Below are positions 44,845 through 60,190 of a stretch of DNA of 64,000 nucleotides, piece after piece (positions within the stretch are counted from its first letter, which is position 1; every line of letters starts with the position of its first letter). This DNA comes from the human T2T-CHM13v2.0 reference genome, Homo sapiens, in NCBI RefSeq assembly GCF_009914755.1, contig NC_060929.1. One strand, given 5' to 3'. Under the pieces are notes generated by a model. It was given only the letters and a program-made list of their open reading frames with translations. It did not search any database and was not told where the DNA came from. A program made the translations under genes and the position numbers.

Positions 44845-45638
44845 TGGTGCAGACAGGGGACAGGGAAATACTAGGTAGAAGAGGACAGTTCCCCGGCAAA
44901 GGCCCCATCCTCAAGCCTGGAGACCCACGGCCCTAAATGGGGACAGGCATTCCTGTTTTCATGCTCCAAAAATTGCTGTTTGGGTCGCCACGCGTCCTAT
45001 CCTGTACCCATATAAACTCTAAACCCCAGGCTCCGGAAGCAGATGAGCAGATGAGCAAATGAAGGGACAATGAGACAAGGAGATGAACGGCAGAACGACA
45101 TGGCAGAGAAAGAGAGAAGGGAAGGAACGTCTGAACACCGAGGGGAGTTCAGCAGGGGACGGTCAGAGGGGATCTCAGCCGCTGGTTGGCCAACCTCCAG
45201 GGGAAGATCATCTGCCCACTCCATCCCCCTTCCAACTCCCCATCCATCCCACTGAGAGCCATCTCAACCACTCAATAAAACCCCGCATTCATCCTTCAAG
45301 CCCGTGTGTGACCCGATGCTTCCGGGACTCTGAGCAAGAGCTTGGGATACAGAAAGCTGTCACACTGGCCCTCTGCCCTTGTAAAAAGGTAGATGGTCCA
45401 TTGAGCTGGTTAGCACTTCAGCTGTCTGCAGACTGCAAGGCTAAAAGAGCGTTGTAACACTGGGGCTGCAGGCACCAACCCCTAGACACTACTGTGGGGC
45501 CAGAGCCCAAAGCACTCGCCCCAGATCCTGTGCCTGCCTATCTGCATGCTCCCCATCCTGTCAGGGGTTTGAGCAGTGGCAGCAACCACACCTCTGTTGC
45601 ACATCCTGCGATGGGGATCAGGGAACTCTCCCATTTAA
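44845..45638 (+). mobile_element. ERV1 solo LTR, LTR1 (HUERS-P2-type), about 794 bp
   Basis: Starts tggtgcagacaggggacagggaaatactaggtagaagagg...ccccggcaaaggcccc; TATAAA at 45011-45016; AATAAA at 45274-45279; ends gggatcagggaactctcccatttaa. Confidence 0.88.
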
Positions 45639-46504
45639 TAGTTACAAATTGCTATCTTTCATGCTTGGTGCGGTAGCAATCTATTTTTGCCTCTTCCACC
45701 CCTGCCACATGGAATTTTGTGTTGTAGACTAAGGTATAGCAAAGTACCAACACATTTGCTTTAAAATTTCATTTATTGCCTCAATTGGCCAGCAATAAAA
45801 GTAGATAAGATGACCACTAATTTAGATATTAAACCCATCGGTGTCATCTCATTCTTTCCTTCCCAGCAATCATCCATGCACTTTTTAATGATAATTAGCC
45901 AACTTTTATTATTTAGTATGATATAACTACAAAATACCTTGTATTGCTATTTAGTTATTTCAAACAGCATTCCATTAAATTATTATAAATTACACCTTAC
46001 ATGCTATCTGAGAAAATATTAAATTTCTTCCATTCTATTTTTTCATTTTCAACTGTAATTTCTTTAACTTCAATTGCTTTATACCAAATATCTCCCTCTT
46101 TAAATGTGCAAATTTTCTTGCTGCAAAAATACCAGTCTGTAACTTAATCTCTGATTAGAGAAATATAATTTTTTAATATTAAAAGATTTTATTTTGGTGG
46201 CATTCAACATTTAAATACTAGTATAATTATACATGCTTATTTTATGACGTAAGATTTTGGATAAATATATAGAAGTTTCCTATTGCTTAATTTTTGTTTT
46301 CATTTTTAGTTATACCATTTCCTAATACATGATTTATCATGATTTAATTGAAATCAAGAAACTGGGCTATGAAGTGAAATCAACTGATGTACTTCAAGTT
46401 CGGGGGAAATAATTCTAATTAAAAATTGGACTAAGAATAATTTTAAAATTAATGGAATTGTTAGACTTATTTCGTGTTACCTTGGAAACGTGTGATTAAG
46501 TTCT

Positions 46505-46630
46505 TGTGATTTGGAATCAGCTTGTTTGAATCTCACTTTTACCAGGTTCCAGCTGACTCTGTGGCTCTGGCCTCTCTAAGCCTCAGTGCTGTGATCTGCA
46601 CAGTGGGATTAAATAGAGTAGTTAATGCTA
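46505..46630 (+). mobile_element. MIR fragment
   Basis: ttggaatcagcttgtttgaatctcactttt...cctctctaagcctcagtgctgtgatctgcacagtgggattaa. Confidence 0.6.
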
Positions 46631-47727
46631 AGGATCGCCATGGCTGTTCCTGCCTGCTCAATGATGTACCTTCTATTCATTCAGGAGTAAAATTCTCCAG
46701 GAACAAGGGAGACCTTTTCCCTAAGAGTAGATTACATATGCACCATCTATTTTAGTAATATATACTCATGATGAGCCTGTTATTGAGAGAAATAAGCAGA
46801 TAATACATGGACAATATGAGATTAGCAGCCTGAGAAAGCCGCTGTTGCACACTTAAACAAGTCACAAAATTTCCAATTCAGTAACCTTAAAGGCCAACAG
46901 ACACTTCTGTGTGACTATTACTGCAGAAGAAAAAGATTTTATAGCAGAATCCACTAGTTCATTGGATCAGTTAAGTCTTTATTGTATCCTAAGACCCTTA
47001 AAGCTTTCTTTCTAATCAGCCACTTCTATCATTTAACAACCTTGTTTTGTGTTTTGGCAGCCAACCCCAAATGAATGGGCCTATCTGGGGATGGGAAGAA
47101 AAGAAGCCACCCAAAGGCCCTTTTTTGCCTTTGCAAACTGATGGTTTCCAAGCAGTTTTCTGGTGTTTGGAAACACTGTGTAGTAACTGGGGGAAGAGGC
47201 AGCTGTGCTTTGGCCCACATGAGGTAATTTGCAGACACATTTTAATTGCCTTTTAGGGAGCATGAAGGAGTTCCAAATAGTCTAATGAGTTCCAGCAAAC
47301 ACCTGTGAAATGCTTTTAGACGGCCATGTAATACCGAAATTAAGAATGTAATGCAGCAATTGGAGGCATCGTTGTTTTTGTGGGGTTTTTTTCCCTCCAC
47401 TGAAAAGAATAGACAGAGATGTTCTGAAGACCCCTTGCCTGTAGTAGGTTTTCCACTCACGAAATGAGACTTTATCTTTGACCTCTTGGACTAATATAAT
47501 GAATTTGAAAATGTTTGATAGAATCTTCATGTCAAACTTGATATTTTTAAAAAATGGGGAATCTTAATCAGACAGTAATACTAAAATGAGAGGGTATCAG
47601 ACAGGTAGTTATAAGTTTAAAGCTGTACCCTTGTTAGCCAATAAGCAGTATTAAATGAATAGCTCTGAAACACAAACATAATCATAATAGTATCGTAATA
47701 AATGGAGATTGTGGAAGGTATATTATA

Positions 47728-47846
47728 CTTTCTCTCCCTCCTACCTATTCCTACTTTGTTTCCTTCTTTCCCTCCCTACTTCCTCCTTCCTTCCCTCCTT
47801 CCCTCCCTCCATCCCTCCCTTCCTTCCTCTTTCCTTCCTTCCTTTT
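47728..47846. repeat. Polypyrimidine (TTCC/TCCC)n tract
   Basis: About 120 bp of nearly pure C/T on the plus strand. Confidence 0.9.
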
Positions 47847-49224
47847 ATGATGGTTCCTTGTCAATTTAAATGAAGATGTGTTTGAGAATATCCTAATGAA
47901 TGACGTTTAAGTCTTCCTGGTATGCCCTTGGGAACAAATGACCTGAAATATAGAGAGAATTACTATAATTTGGAGATTAAAAACACAAGAATAAAACACA
48001 AAGATAAAAATCAGGAATTATATCCTCATTCCAACTTCAGACCCATATTATTATTTTGTATGTATATTTGTGTGTTTACCATTATCCAAGTTCATTCCTC
48101 TCTCTTCTCCTGTGAATTAGCAACTACCCTTGAAATGCATGTTCATCATTCCAAAAAATTTCTTTATATTTTAGTACATACAATATATAATATTACATAT
48201 ACATATACACACATTCCTCAACAAAATTAAATGTTCTAAAATGAAGTAGTACAGGATATTTCTTTGCCAGGGCTCTTTTTTTCTTAGCATAGACTACTGA
48301 CTAATAATATATGAATCTATAATTAATTTCTTTTTATGGCTTTATAATGTGCCACTGAAAGAAGAGTCCCACTTTATTCTTCTGTTGTAGACTTTCAGGC
48401 TGTTTTCACTTTTTTCACTATTAGAAGCAATGCTTATTCATCTGTAACTGCAGACATGTATCTTAAAACTACTTAGGAATGGAATTGTTAGGTGACAAAT
48501 TATATGGACTTTCACCTTGACTAGATTTTGCTGTATTCTTCTCCAAAGTGGTTATATCAACTTTTGTTGCTACCAGTAGTGCTTAAGAATTTCTATTGAT
48601 CTATATCCCTACCAATTCCTGGGATTGTCAGTCATTACCAAGTTCACCCATTTGATGGGTAGAAAATCTCAACTTGGTTTATTTTGTGTTACCTGAAAAC
48701 TAGTGAGATTCTGCACATTTTTATATGCATATTAACATTTTATGTAGACTTTTCTGTGAATCACCTGTCAATATCCTTTTTCTATTTTGTTGTTTCTTTA
48801 ATTTTTTTAAACAGATTTTTAGGAGTCTTTACTTGGGACACAAATCTTTCATCATTAGCTGCATGACAAATACCATCACCCTGTCCATATTTTATATTTT
48901 TCATTTTTCTCATGGTTACTTTTGACACACAAGATTTAAAATTTAATTTTTCATGGTTTGTCATTTTATGTCTTATTTTGGAAAATCTTTCCCAACCTGG
49001 AGAAATAATAAAGTTAGTCTCAAAATTTCTTCTAAATACAATAAAGCTTTGTTTTTCCTTTTTTTTTTTTTTTAAGTGTAATCCATGTTGAGTTTGGGGT
49101 GTGTATTTTGTGAGATAGGGATTCATATCTTTCCCACATGGCTAACCAATACTGTTACCGTCTATCCTGTTCATCTGCAGTTACCTCTATTATATATGTT
49201 TCCATATATACATGCTTCTAGGGC

Positions 49225-49430
49225 TGAACTTGCCAGATGTGAGAGTCCAATAGTCACAATAGCTATCTATATTTATATTTAACTAGAATTAAGCAAAATA
49301 AAACATTTAGTTTCTCAGTCACACTAGTGACATTTCAACTATTCAACTAGCCATACGTCACTACTCCTTTATTGGATAGTACACGTAGAGAACATTTCTG
49401 TAATCACAAAAAGATCTGTGGGACAGTCCT
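49225..49430 (-). mobile_element. MER3 (hAT-Charlie)
   Basis: tttagtttctcagtcacactagtgacatttcaactattcaactagccatacgt...tattggatagtacacgtagagaacatttctgtaatcacaaaaagatctgtgggacag matches antisense MER3. Confidence 0.78.
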
Positions 49431-50218
49431 TTTAGAGAATTAGGCTCTCTCTTACCCCCATTAATTCACCTCTTTATTTACTTTCATCCCGGTTGCTGCT
49501 CCAGTGCCACAGTGTCTGAATTAGTATGGTGTTTCTATAATGTTAATATCTCATAGGGCAAGTCATTCTTCCTTATTCTTATTTTTTAGAAGTCGCTTCT
49601 CTTTTCTTGGCTTTTTGCTCCTTTTATTATTCAATATGACTTTTAGGGAATGTGATTGGGATTTCATTGAGTTTATACAGCAATTTGGGAATAATTTATA
49701 TCTTTAAATTACTGCATTTGCAGTCCTTGGACAGTGTACCCCCTTTCCATTAATTTAGAGTTTATTTTTTTAAACCTAGTTTTCTCCATAAATATCATGT
49801 ATATCTGAATAGCATTAATCACAAGCAACTTGAAGTTTTTTTACTGTTATAAATTATATTTTGTATCACCTGTTTATTGCTAGTTTATAGTAACGAGTTT
49901 TTTATATTCATCTTATCCAGCAACCTCATGGAATTCTTATAAAATTTCATTTTTTTCTGTAAAATCTCTTAGGTTTTTAAGGTAGGCAATCTTAGTATTT
50001 GTGAATAAGGTCAGTTTTGTATCTTAAAGTTGCAATTTTTGTAAACTTTTTTCTTTTTTGTTTACTTTAGCAGGGATTTCTAGTATCAAGTGGACTAGAT
50101 TGTATGGAAAATTATGATTCTAAATTTTGATTTTTTTGTAGTATATAACATTTTATCAGGTTCAGAATTTTTTTTCTATTCCCAGTTTTCCTGAGTTTTT
50201 ATTTAAATTATAAATTGT

Positions 50219-50488
50219 AGCTGGGCATGGTGCTTCATGCCTGTAATTCCAGAACGTTGGCAGGAGGATTGCTTGAGGCTAGGAGTTCAAAACTAGCCTG
50301 GGCAGTGTAGAAAAAACGTTTAAAAAAATAGCCAGTTTTGGTGGCATGTGTCTGTAGTCCTAGTTACTCAGAAAACTGAGCCTGGAGGATTGTTGCTCAA
50401 GCCCAGCAGTTTGAGATTACAGTGAGCTATGATTGCACCACTGTATTCCAACCTGGGCAACAGAGTGGGACTCAGTAAAAAAAATAAA
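50219..50488 (+). mobile_element. AluJ (Jo/Jr-like), with internal deletions
   Basis: ggaggattgcttgaggctaggagttcaa and gagattacagtgagctatgattgcacc; TSD aaattataaattg / aaattatgaattg. Confidence 0.9.
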
Positions 50489-50581
50489 AAATTATGAATT
50501 GCAATTAAATTTTATCAAATTACTTTTATTAACATTTATGCTAGAATAATATTTTTCTCATTTTATCAATTAATATGGTAA

Positions 50582-50915
<334 letters not shown>

Positions 50916-52623
50916 TGATAGTAGTTTTTCTATACATGGAAAATACACACTCTGATCACAAATTATGGTTATTATGATTATTATTATATTGATGGATTTA
51001 GTTTTCTATCATTTTGTTTGGAATTTTTTTCTAAATCTGAAAATATGATTGGCCTGTATTTATCTTTTAACAAACTACCTTTCTTTATCTTGCCTTTAAA
51101 ACTGATGCTAAGTTGTATACACTTACTTGATATATGGCAGGCCTTGAAAACACTGTGCCTTTGCTGTTCCTTGGAAGTATTTGTGCTCCAGTTATTAGCT
51201 GTTCCTTAAGTATTTGTTAAGAAGTATTATCTGGGTCTTGAGTGTTTTTTCTGGGTGTATTTTTAATTTACTAATTAAGTCTCTTAAGTAGTTAAAGGTC
51301 TTATGATGCTTTCTATTTCTACTTAGTCACTTTTGGTAAGTTAAATTATTATAGGAAAATTTTCCTATTTGTTTCCTAAAATATTATTTTCTTCTATTAT
51401 TTTTTAACTTCTGCTGTGCTGTCATTCCTAATATTATTTATTTTGCCTTTTTTTTCCTTGTTGATTTAACCAGCCCTTTCAGAAAGGTGTCTCTGTTATT
51501 AGTCTTTACAAAAAATAATTTTTGGTTTGGTCAATTATTTCGAGTCTTTTATCTTTTATTACTATTTCATTCACAATTGCCTTTATTTTTCTTTGGATTC
51601 ATTCTGTCATTTCTTTTCTAATTGCTAGAGCTGGATAAATATGTAGACCATCATTTTTCAGCCTTTTTACTTTCTTAATGTAAGCATTAAGGCAATTTTT
51701 TTTCTGATTGATACTTGCCCTCATCCCACAGTAATTTACATTGTTGTTCATTTCTAAATATTTTATAATTCTCAGTTTTGATTTCCCACTTTACTCATGG
51801 TATACTTAGAATAATACGTTGAAATTTTCCATTGTTTTTGAAGACTTCATCCTTTTTTTTCTACCTTGATTTAATCTGGCTATAGGATGTTGTCAGTGTG
51901 AATCTGATGCTTCTAAATGAACTGTGTTTTATGGCTTAGAATTTATTTTCTAAATACAGTATTATGTGTATGTTTGAGCAGAATATCTGTTGTTCAATTG
52001 TTGAGGATGATATTCTATCATATATGTCCATTTGATTCAGCTGGGTAAATAGGCTGTTGAAATCTTACTAGTCTTCATTAGATATCATTGTTTTCTTTAT
52101 TTTTTTGTCCTGTTTGATAATGAATTAATTATAGAAATGTATTAAAACCTCCCAGTATGATTGTGGATTCATCAAATTCTACGTATTTTGTTTATATTTT
52201 GAGGCTAATTTATAAGATTTATAAAATTTGGAATTCTTTTACTTTCCTAGCAAATTGAATCTTTTATCATTAGATAGTGACACTCTTTATTTCTAAAAAT
52301 ATTTTTAACCTGTAGTTTATTGGTCTGATGTTAAAATAGTTACAAGGCTTCTTTTGGCTAGTATTTATATATTAAATCTTTACTCATTTTTCCATAATCA
52401 ATCCTTTTATTTACCTTATATACTACATTGGATACTACAGAGAGGAAGAGAGAGAGAGGGGAAGAGGATATGTATTTATTTTAGTTCATTTTGAAAACCT
52501 CAGTATTAGCTGTTGATTTAAATTTCATTTACAGTTATAGTGATGACTTATAAAGGCTATTTTTTGCCTTCACATTTTATGTCAATTTTCTCCTTTTTAA
52601 TTATTTTTCTATTTATAATTAAA

Positions 52624-52765
52624 TTCATTCATTTATTCAAAACTACTTAAGTGCTAGGTGCATGGTAAACACTATTTTAGTTGTTGGGAAAATAACAGCA
52701 AACAAACAAAAAGGCTCCTGCTTCAGAGGTCTTACAGGGTAGTGGTGATGAGAGACAATAATTAC
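52624..52765 (-). mobile_element. L2 3' end
   Basis: ttcattcatttattcaaaactacttaagtgc...aacaaacaaaaaggctcctgcttcagaggtcttaca. Confidence 0.65.
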
Positions 52766-53683
52766 AAGATTTTGTTTGTCAAAGGTTACAAGCCTAAAGG
52801 AGAAAAATAAATAAAACGATTGTTGATCACCTAATTCAAGACTTAAGAGCAAAAAGGCAACGGTTCATTTCGGTGAATGGCAAAGTTTTAGGCTAGTACA
52901 GATATAGACTTGACAATTTGCTCTAGTATGATAAAAAGACCTTTTGTTCTTATCCACATTTTCCCTAATCTTCTTCATATAAATAGCAACATGAAGTCCA
53001 TCCATTCAATCCTTCTATTGTTTTGAGCATTTCCTATGGGGTGATGATGGCTGCAACCTCTGTCTGTCTTCTTTAAGAATTACCCTGAATGCAGCCTGGA
53101 TATCATTATCCATCCTTTATGCATCCTTTATAACCTCAGAAATTACAAATTCTATTTCATAAAATATGTCCTCAATCTATAGAATAAGAATACTATGAGT
53201 GTTAATGAGATTATACTGATAATTGTGATAAATTCTTTGAAATGTTGGTATTCAGTCATTATGACTTTAAAACATAAACATTTCATATGGCTCAACCTTA
53301 TTCAAGGTCTTATAATATACTTTTTTTTTCTTGATTTTTCCATCAGCACAGAGTATTTTTATTCACAGGAATCAGAAAGTCTCTTTATTTTAAAAACAAA
53401 TATTGGAAAGGCCTAAATTTTACATTTGGAATAGAATTATAAATAACAGCAATGGAAATTTGGAAGGAAGTTTAAAACAGTAATCAATTTGTCCTCGACT
53501 ACCCCAAGTTGAGGAAACAGGTGAAAAGAATTGGAAGGACCTCTAGTGAAGTTTTTAAAACCTTTCCCAGTACTACATTCTTTAGTGAAGATAATTTAAT
53601 TTTTTATTTTATTTTATTTTATTTTACATTTTGAGATGCCTTTATTTTCAGTGGCTTAACATTATTTTCTAGTAAAATATCTT

Positions 53684-55473
<1,790 letters not shown>

Positions 55474-57399
55474 TTAATATTTAGATCCATTGCTTACTGT
55501 GATTATTCTATATGTTGGTATTGTTTAAAAAAACCTTTGGTCTGATTTTTTACACAAAGTGAAATATCATATGTTTAAATTTGTTTTCTGCTTTATTTAT
55601 GCAATGTGACTTTTTTCCCATCAAGCATCAGGCCGTGTTGCTTGTTGTCAGGGTAGAAAAAATAAATATGTGCATTAAATGTGTAGTGAATACTATCATT
55701 TTAACAGAAATATAGGTTTGAGATTTCATATTTTGTCACTTGATCTTGCCAGGTTGATTTATGACAGACAATAAAGTTGTCAAAGACCTTTTGTTGGTGG
55801 CAATGTTTTAGTTTTTAAATTATGAGAACATAGAGTTTTGTTGTACAGGGAGAAGAAAGTAATTCTTTGACTGACATGAATGAAATGACAGTTCATTATG
55901 AGAATAATACTTGGTGCTATGAAACTGGGGTATCACTGCTTCCTTAGCAGTGAAAATCCCATTAAAAATCACCTCTATCACACATTTGTACATAATATAT
56001 AGTCAGCTTGGCTACCAGGGGTAAAGCTGTTTAGGAAATGGAAAAAGGAGGAAAGGATTAGTTCAACACAGGTTCCACATACTATTTGCCCTTGTAAAGG
56101 GAAGATTTAAAACATTTTGTTTCTCTGGTCTTAATAATCTAGGAAGCATGTTTTACTGTATTTCAGGTGTTTTGACGTGCTCAGAAACTTAGTTATTTTG
56201 TTTTCCACCCCTGAAATTTCTTTGTTTTTGACAGAAGTAGACATTTTATCTCTGCCACATTTGCAAATTGTTTTTTAAAACTTCCCACGGATCTTTTTTT
56301 TGCCAATGACCTTTCATTAGAACCAGAATATTCTAATACAAGAAGTAAGGATCTCAATACAGATATCTTAGAAAATCAGGACATGTTTGTGCCCACAGAA
56401 TGACTGCATTGTTACCAATTTATTAGATGCTGCCTGATGGCATAGCATAGGTAACATAAATGCTGAGGCATAAAAATAACATTTTGAGTATGATGAAATA
56501 GAGCCTTTGATTCTTTAGAGTGAAGAAGAGGAGGCTCAGAGGTCATCATGGTGGGGAATCTGGACACAATTCGATTTTTGTTATTATGAAAGTTAACAAT
56601 ATGCTAGACTTTTTCCTGTATCTTACTGTAATAAAATTATCTGCCTCCCTCCCAGGTCAGAATAATATTAGAAAATTCCTTCAACCCTATCCCCCCAAAA
56701 AGGACGAAAATTAGGGTGGTGAAGGGGGAAGGTTGTTTTTGTTTTTGTATATAAGGATTACAATAATGGGAGGTAGTAATGGTGAAGAAATGAAATTTTG
56801 TTATTTTACTAACTCCAGTGTAAATTGGATCTTGGCAACCTTGGAACAATCCCCATGACACTCTCTGAAATAACCAAAGTTGAGAATATGAATTCTGACA
56901 CACTGGCCAGTTCCTTTTCAATTACTATGTTCTGCCCTTGCAAATTTCTCCTTAGGATTTTTTTAACATATGGTGCTATTCTATCTTTAAATTGAGATTT
57001 CTCCAGTGTTTTTTTTTTTTAATCTAGAATAGAATGAATTTCAGTAAAGTCTCACATATCAATTACTTTTTTTTCACAGTCACTATGCAAACTTACGAGA
57101 TAGGACACTGCATTAAGACAGGTTTTAAACACAACCACTATGAGAATATTACAAAAAGTTCTATTGTCTTCCAATAGCGTAGAAATTTTCTCATTGCTGT
57201 AAGAAGTTAATATTATCCCAAACTCAGAGCACAGTAGATGGAGTTGGTAAAACTTGCTCTTTACCTATCAAATGCCATGTATAACCATTGCCTACTACAA
57301 TGTAGGAAATGTAGACTTATGATGGAGGACCTGGGTCATTACCTTACTCATTCTACAAACATTTAATAGGCATATCATATACCCTAGAACAGTTAGTTA

Positions 57400-59075
57400 C
57401 ATTTTACTTTTTCTCCATTTGACACTTCAGTTTTTAACTGGTATATTTGGTTCATTTGTATTTAGTATAATTATTGATTTATTTGAGTTGAAATCTAATA
57501 TTTTGTTTCTTTATTGGTTCCAACCTTTCCTCATGTGTGTTTCTCCCACCTTGCCTTCTCTTGGAATAATCAGACATTTCAACTAATTCATTTTGTTTTA
57601 AAATCTTTTTGTGATGACGAAATAATCCCTGGAGGTGTAGAGGAGATTACAACATAAACATGCATTCTCGAATTGTTAGCATCCACTTTAAAATGGTACA
57701 CTTATAACTCTCTGTACTTTTAGAACCTTATGTTACTTTACTGTCTTCACATCCCCACTTCCTTTTGTGCTATTTTGTCATGAATTTTAGTTCTACACGT
57801 ATTTTAAATACACAGAAACTTATTATTGTTTTCAAATCTCAATAATAATTTATAGTTAACCATGTAATACCCTTTTCAATGTTCTTTATTTCTTGAATTG
57901 GCATGTTTCTATCTGCGATCATGTTCCTTATGGCAGTATAAATAACTTTAGTGTTTTTTTGAACATTCTTCTGTTGGTGACAAATTCTTATTTTTGTTTG
58001 TGTGAAAATTTTTGCATTTTCCCATAATATTGAAGAATATTTTTTGCTTGGTATAGGACACTAAGTTGGCAGATGGTTCCCCTTAGCACTTGTAAGTAGT
58101 CATTCCATTGCCATCTAGCTTGATAGTTTCTCCTGAAAAGTAACCTATAAAGCTTATTTCTTCTTTGAAAACAGTGGATGTTTTTTCTTATGGTTGCCCT
58201 AAATATTTTTTATTTATGTTAGATTTCAGAATCTTTTTTAAAAAATTCTGCTTGGAAGTTTTTGAGTTTCTCCAAATGTTGGCTTTATGGTTTTCAATGA
58301 TATGAGTTGTCCTATGGAGAGGCCCACGTGGCTAAGAACTGAGCAAGGCCTTCAGCCAATAACTAGAAAACAACTGACTCTTTTAATACCAAAGACAATG
58401 AGGAATGGAATCCTGCCAACAACCTTGCAAATAAATTTGGCAAGAGGTCTTTTCTCTGTCAAGCTTTCTGGTAAGACTGCCGTTTTCAGTGTGACTGAAA
58501 CTGAATTGGATACTTTGAAATAAAAGCATTCAGCTAATTCTTCTCCAGATTCCTGACTGGTAGGATTTGTGAGATGATTAATATTTGTTGTATTAGCTAC
58601 CAAGTATTGTAGTATTCTGTTACATACAATAGATAACTAATACACCCTCTTCTCTTTTTGGGATTCCACTAATGCATAGATAGAATAGCCTTTCAAACAT
58701 GTCTCATGTGTCTCTTTTTCCATTTTTTTTTTTAGTATCCTTCAACATTACTCGTGTGTTTTAATATGAATATTTTTGCTGAGCTATCTTTCAGGTTACT
58801 GTCCTCGCTTCTGCTATATCTAATCCAATGGCAGATATTTCATTTTTTGGTTCTACAATTCCCAGTTTACTATTTTATATCATTTCTACTCACAAAGTAA
58901 AAATTGCTGTCTTTTCATCTAATTTATAGTTATATTAATCTTAGCAACTTTAAAATCTATGTCTGATGACTCAAATATCACTTGTGATTCCGTTTCTCTC
59001 ATCTGCTCCCCACCTCCACTTGATCAGTTGGGTCTATATATAATATGCTTGGTAATTTTTAATTGAATGCTGGTG
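57400..59075 (-). mobile_element. Degenerate old L1M fragment, interrupted by MLT1
   Basis: ctgttggtgacaaattctt; attgaagaatattttttgcttggtatagga; cattccattgccatctagcttgatagtttctcctgaaaagt; boundaries approximate. Confidence 0.6.
58300..58644 (+). mobile_element. MaLR LTR, MLT1F/G-like (3' part)
   Basis: cctatggagaggcccacgtggc...gaatcctgccaacaacc...ccagattcctgac...gtgagatgattaatatttgttg...caatagataactaataca. Confidence 0.8.
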
Positions 59076-59488
59076 TCTCATGAATGCTTTTTAAGTACTG
59101 TCACACATGTTTAAATGTCACATAAGAATGAGCCCCTTTAACTCTGGCAATGCACACCATTTTGTAAAAGCTTATCTTCTTGTTTTAGATCACCAAAATC
59201 ATAGCATGTCTAGATTGCCATATTAATCATTGCCTAGGGCAATTGAACCAAGGGCTATAGTCCTAATGCACAAGAGATGGAATGTAAATAGCATTCATGT
59301 AAACTGTAATGGGCAACATTTAGTTATTACTAGTGTTGGCAATAAAACATAAAGCATTTTATACCCTCTTTTCCCCCACCAAATTGCCCAGTGTAGAAGC
59401 AAGACTGCAGGGATCAAAAGATCTGCACCCTTGCCCTACCTCTAACACTGTTTGGTTTGTGTTATAAACATAACATACAACTTCTTTT

Positions 59489-59810
59489 TGTTTGTTTGTT
59501 TGTTTGTTTGTTTGTTTGTTTGTTTTGAGACAGAGTTTTGCTCTTGTCACCCAGGCTGGAGTGCAGGGGTGCAATCTCAGCTCACTGCAAACTTCGCCTC
59601 CTGGGTTCAAGCAATTTTCCTGCTTCCGCCTCCTGAGTAGCTGGGATTAAAGGCACCCACCACCATGCCCTGCTAATTTTTGTATTTTTTAATAGTGACA
59701 GGGTTTCGCCATGTTGGCCAGGCTGGTCTCGAACTCCTGACTTCAGGCGATCCACCAGCCCCGGCCTCCCAAAGTGCTGGGATTACAGAGGTAAGCCACC
59801 TCACCTGGCC
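59489..59810 (-). mobile_element. Alu, AluSq-like, with (TTTG)n tail
   Basis: TSD acaacttctttt at 59477-59488 and 59811-59822. Confidence 0.94.
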
Positions 59811-59967
59811 ACAACTTCTTTTTTTTCCCCTTCTTTTTAAAATCTGTAAGATTGCATGATCTCCTGCATGTCTTTCGTAAATGTCAGTGTGAGAAACTGA
59901 CTTTAAAAAAGAAAATGAGATGAAACAAGGCACCAATGGACTTGAGTCAGGCTAAGAGGATAATTAA

Positions 59968-60190
59968 GCAGCATGATTTAAAGTATGGGTTTTGAGTTAA
60001 ATAGTCATTTTGAGTGTTGATTCAGCCATTTAATACATTGTGGTCTTGGCAAGTTTTTAGATTAGTTCATGCTTTTGTTTTCAAATCTGTATAATGGGGA
60101 TAATAATAATATTTATCTGTTCAGGCTGTTTTGAATAATTCATGTAAAGTAGAAAAAGCCTGAAATTTCAAAGAACTCAATAATTTTAAT
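59968..60190 (+). mobile_element. MIR
   Basis: gcagcatgatttaaagtatgggttttgagt...tgtggtcttggcaagtt...aatctgtataatggggataataataatattta. Confidence 0.7.

Noticed and set aside
56150-56350. Possible plus-strand exon (acceptors at 56166 and 56234, donor gaa|gtaagg at 56345)
   Set aside because: The donor context is weak and there is no supporting reading frame; it cannot be distinguished from background pseudo-exons.
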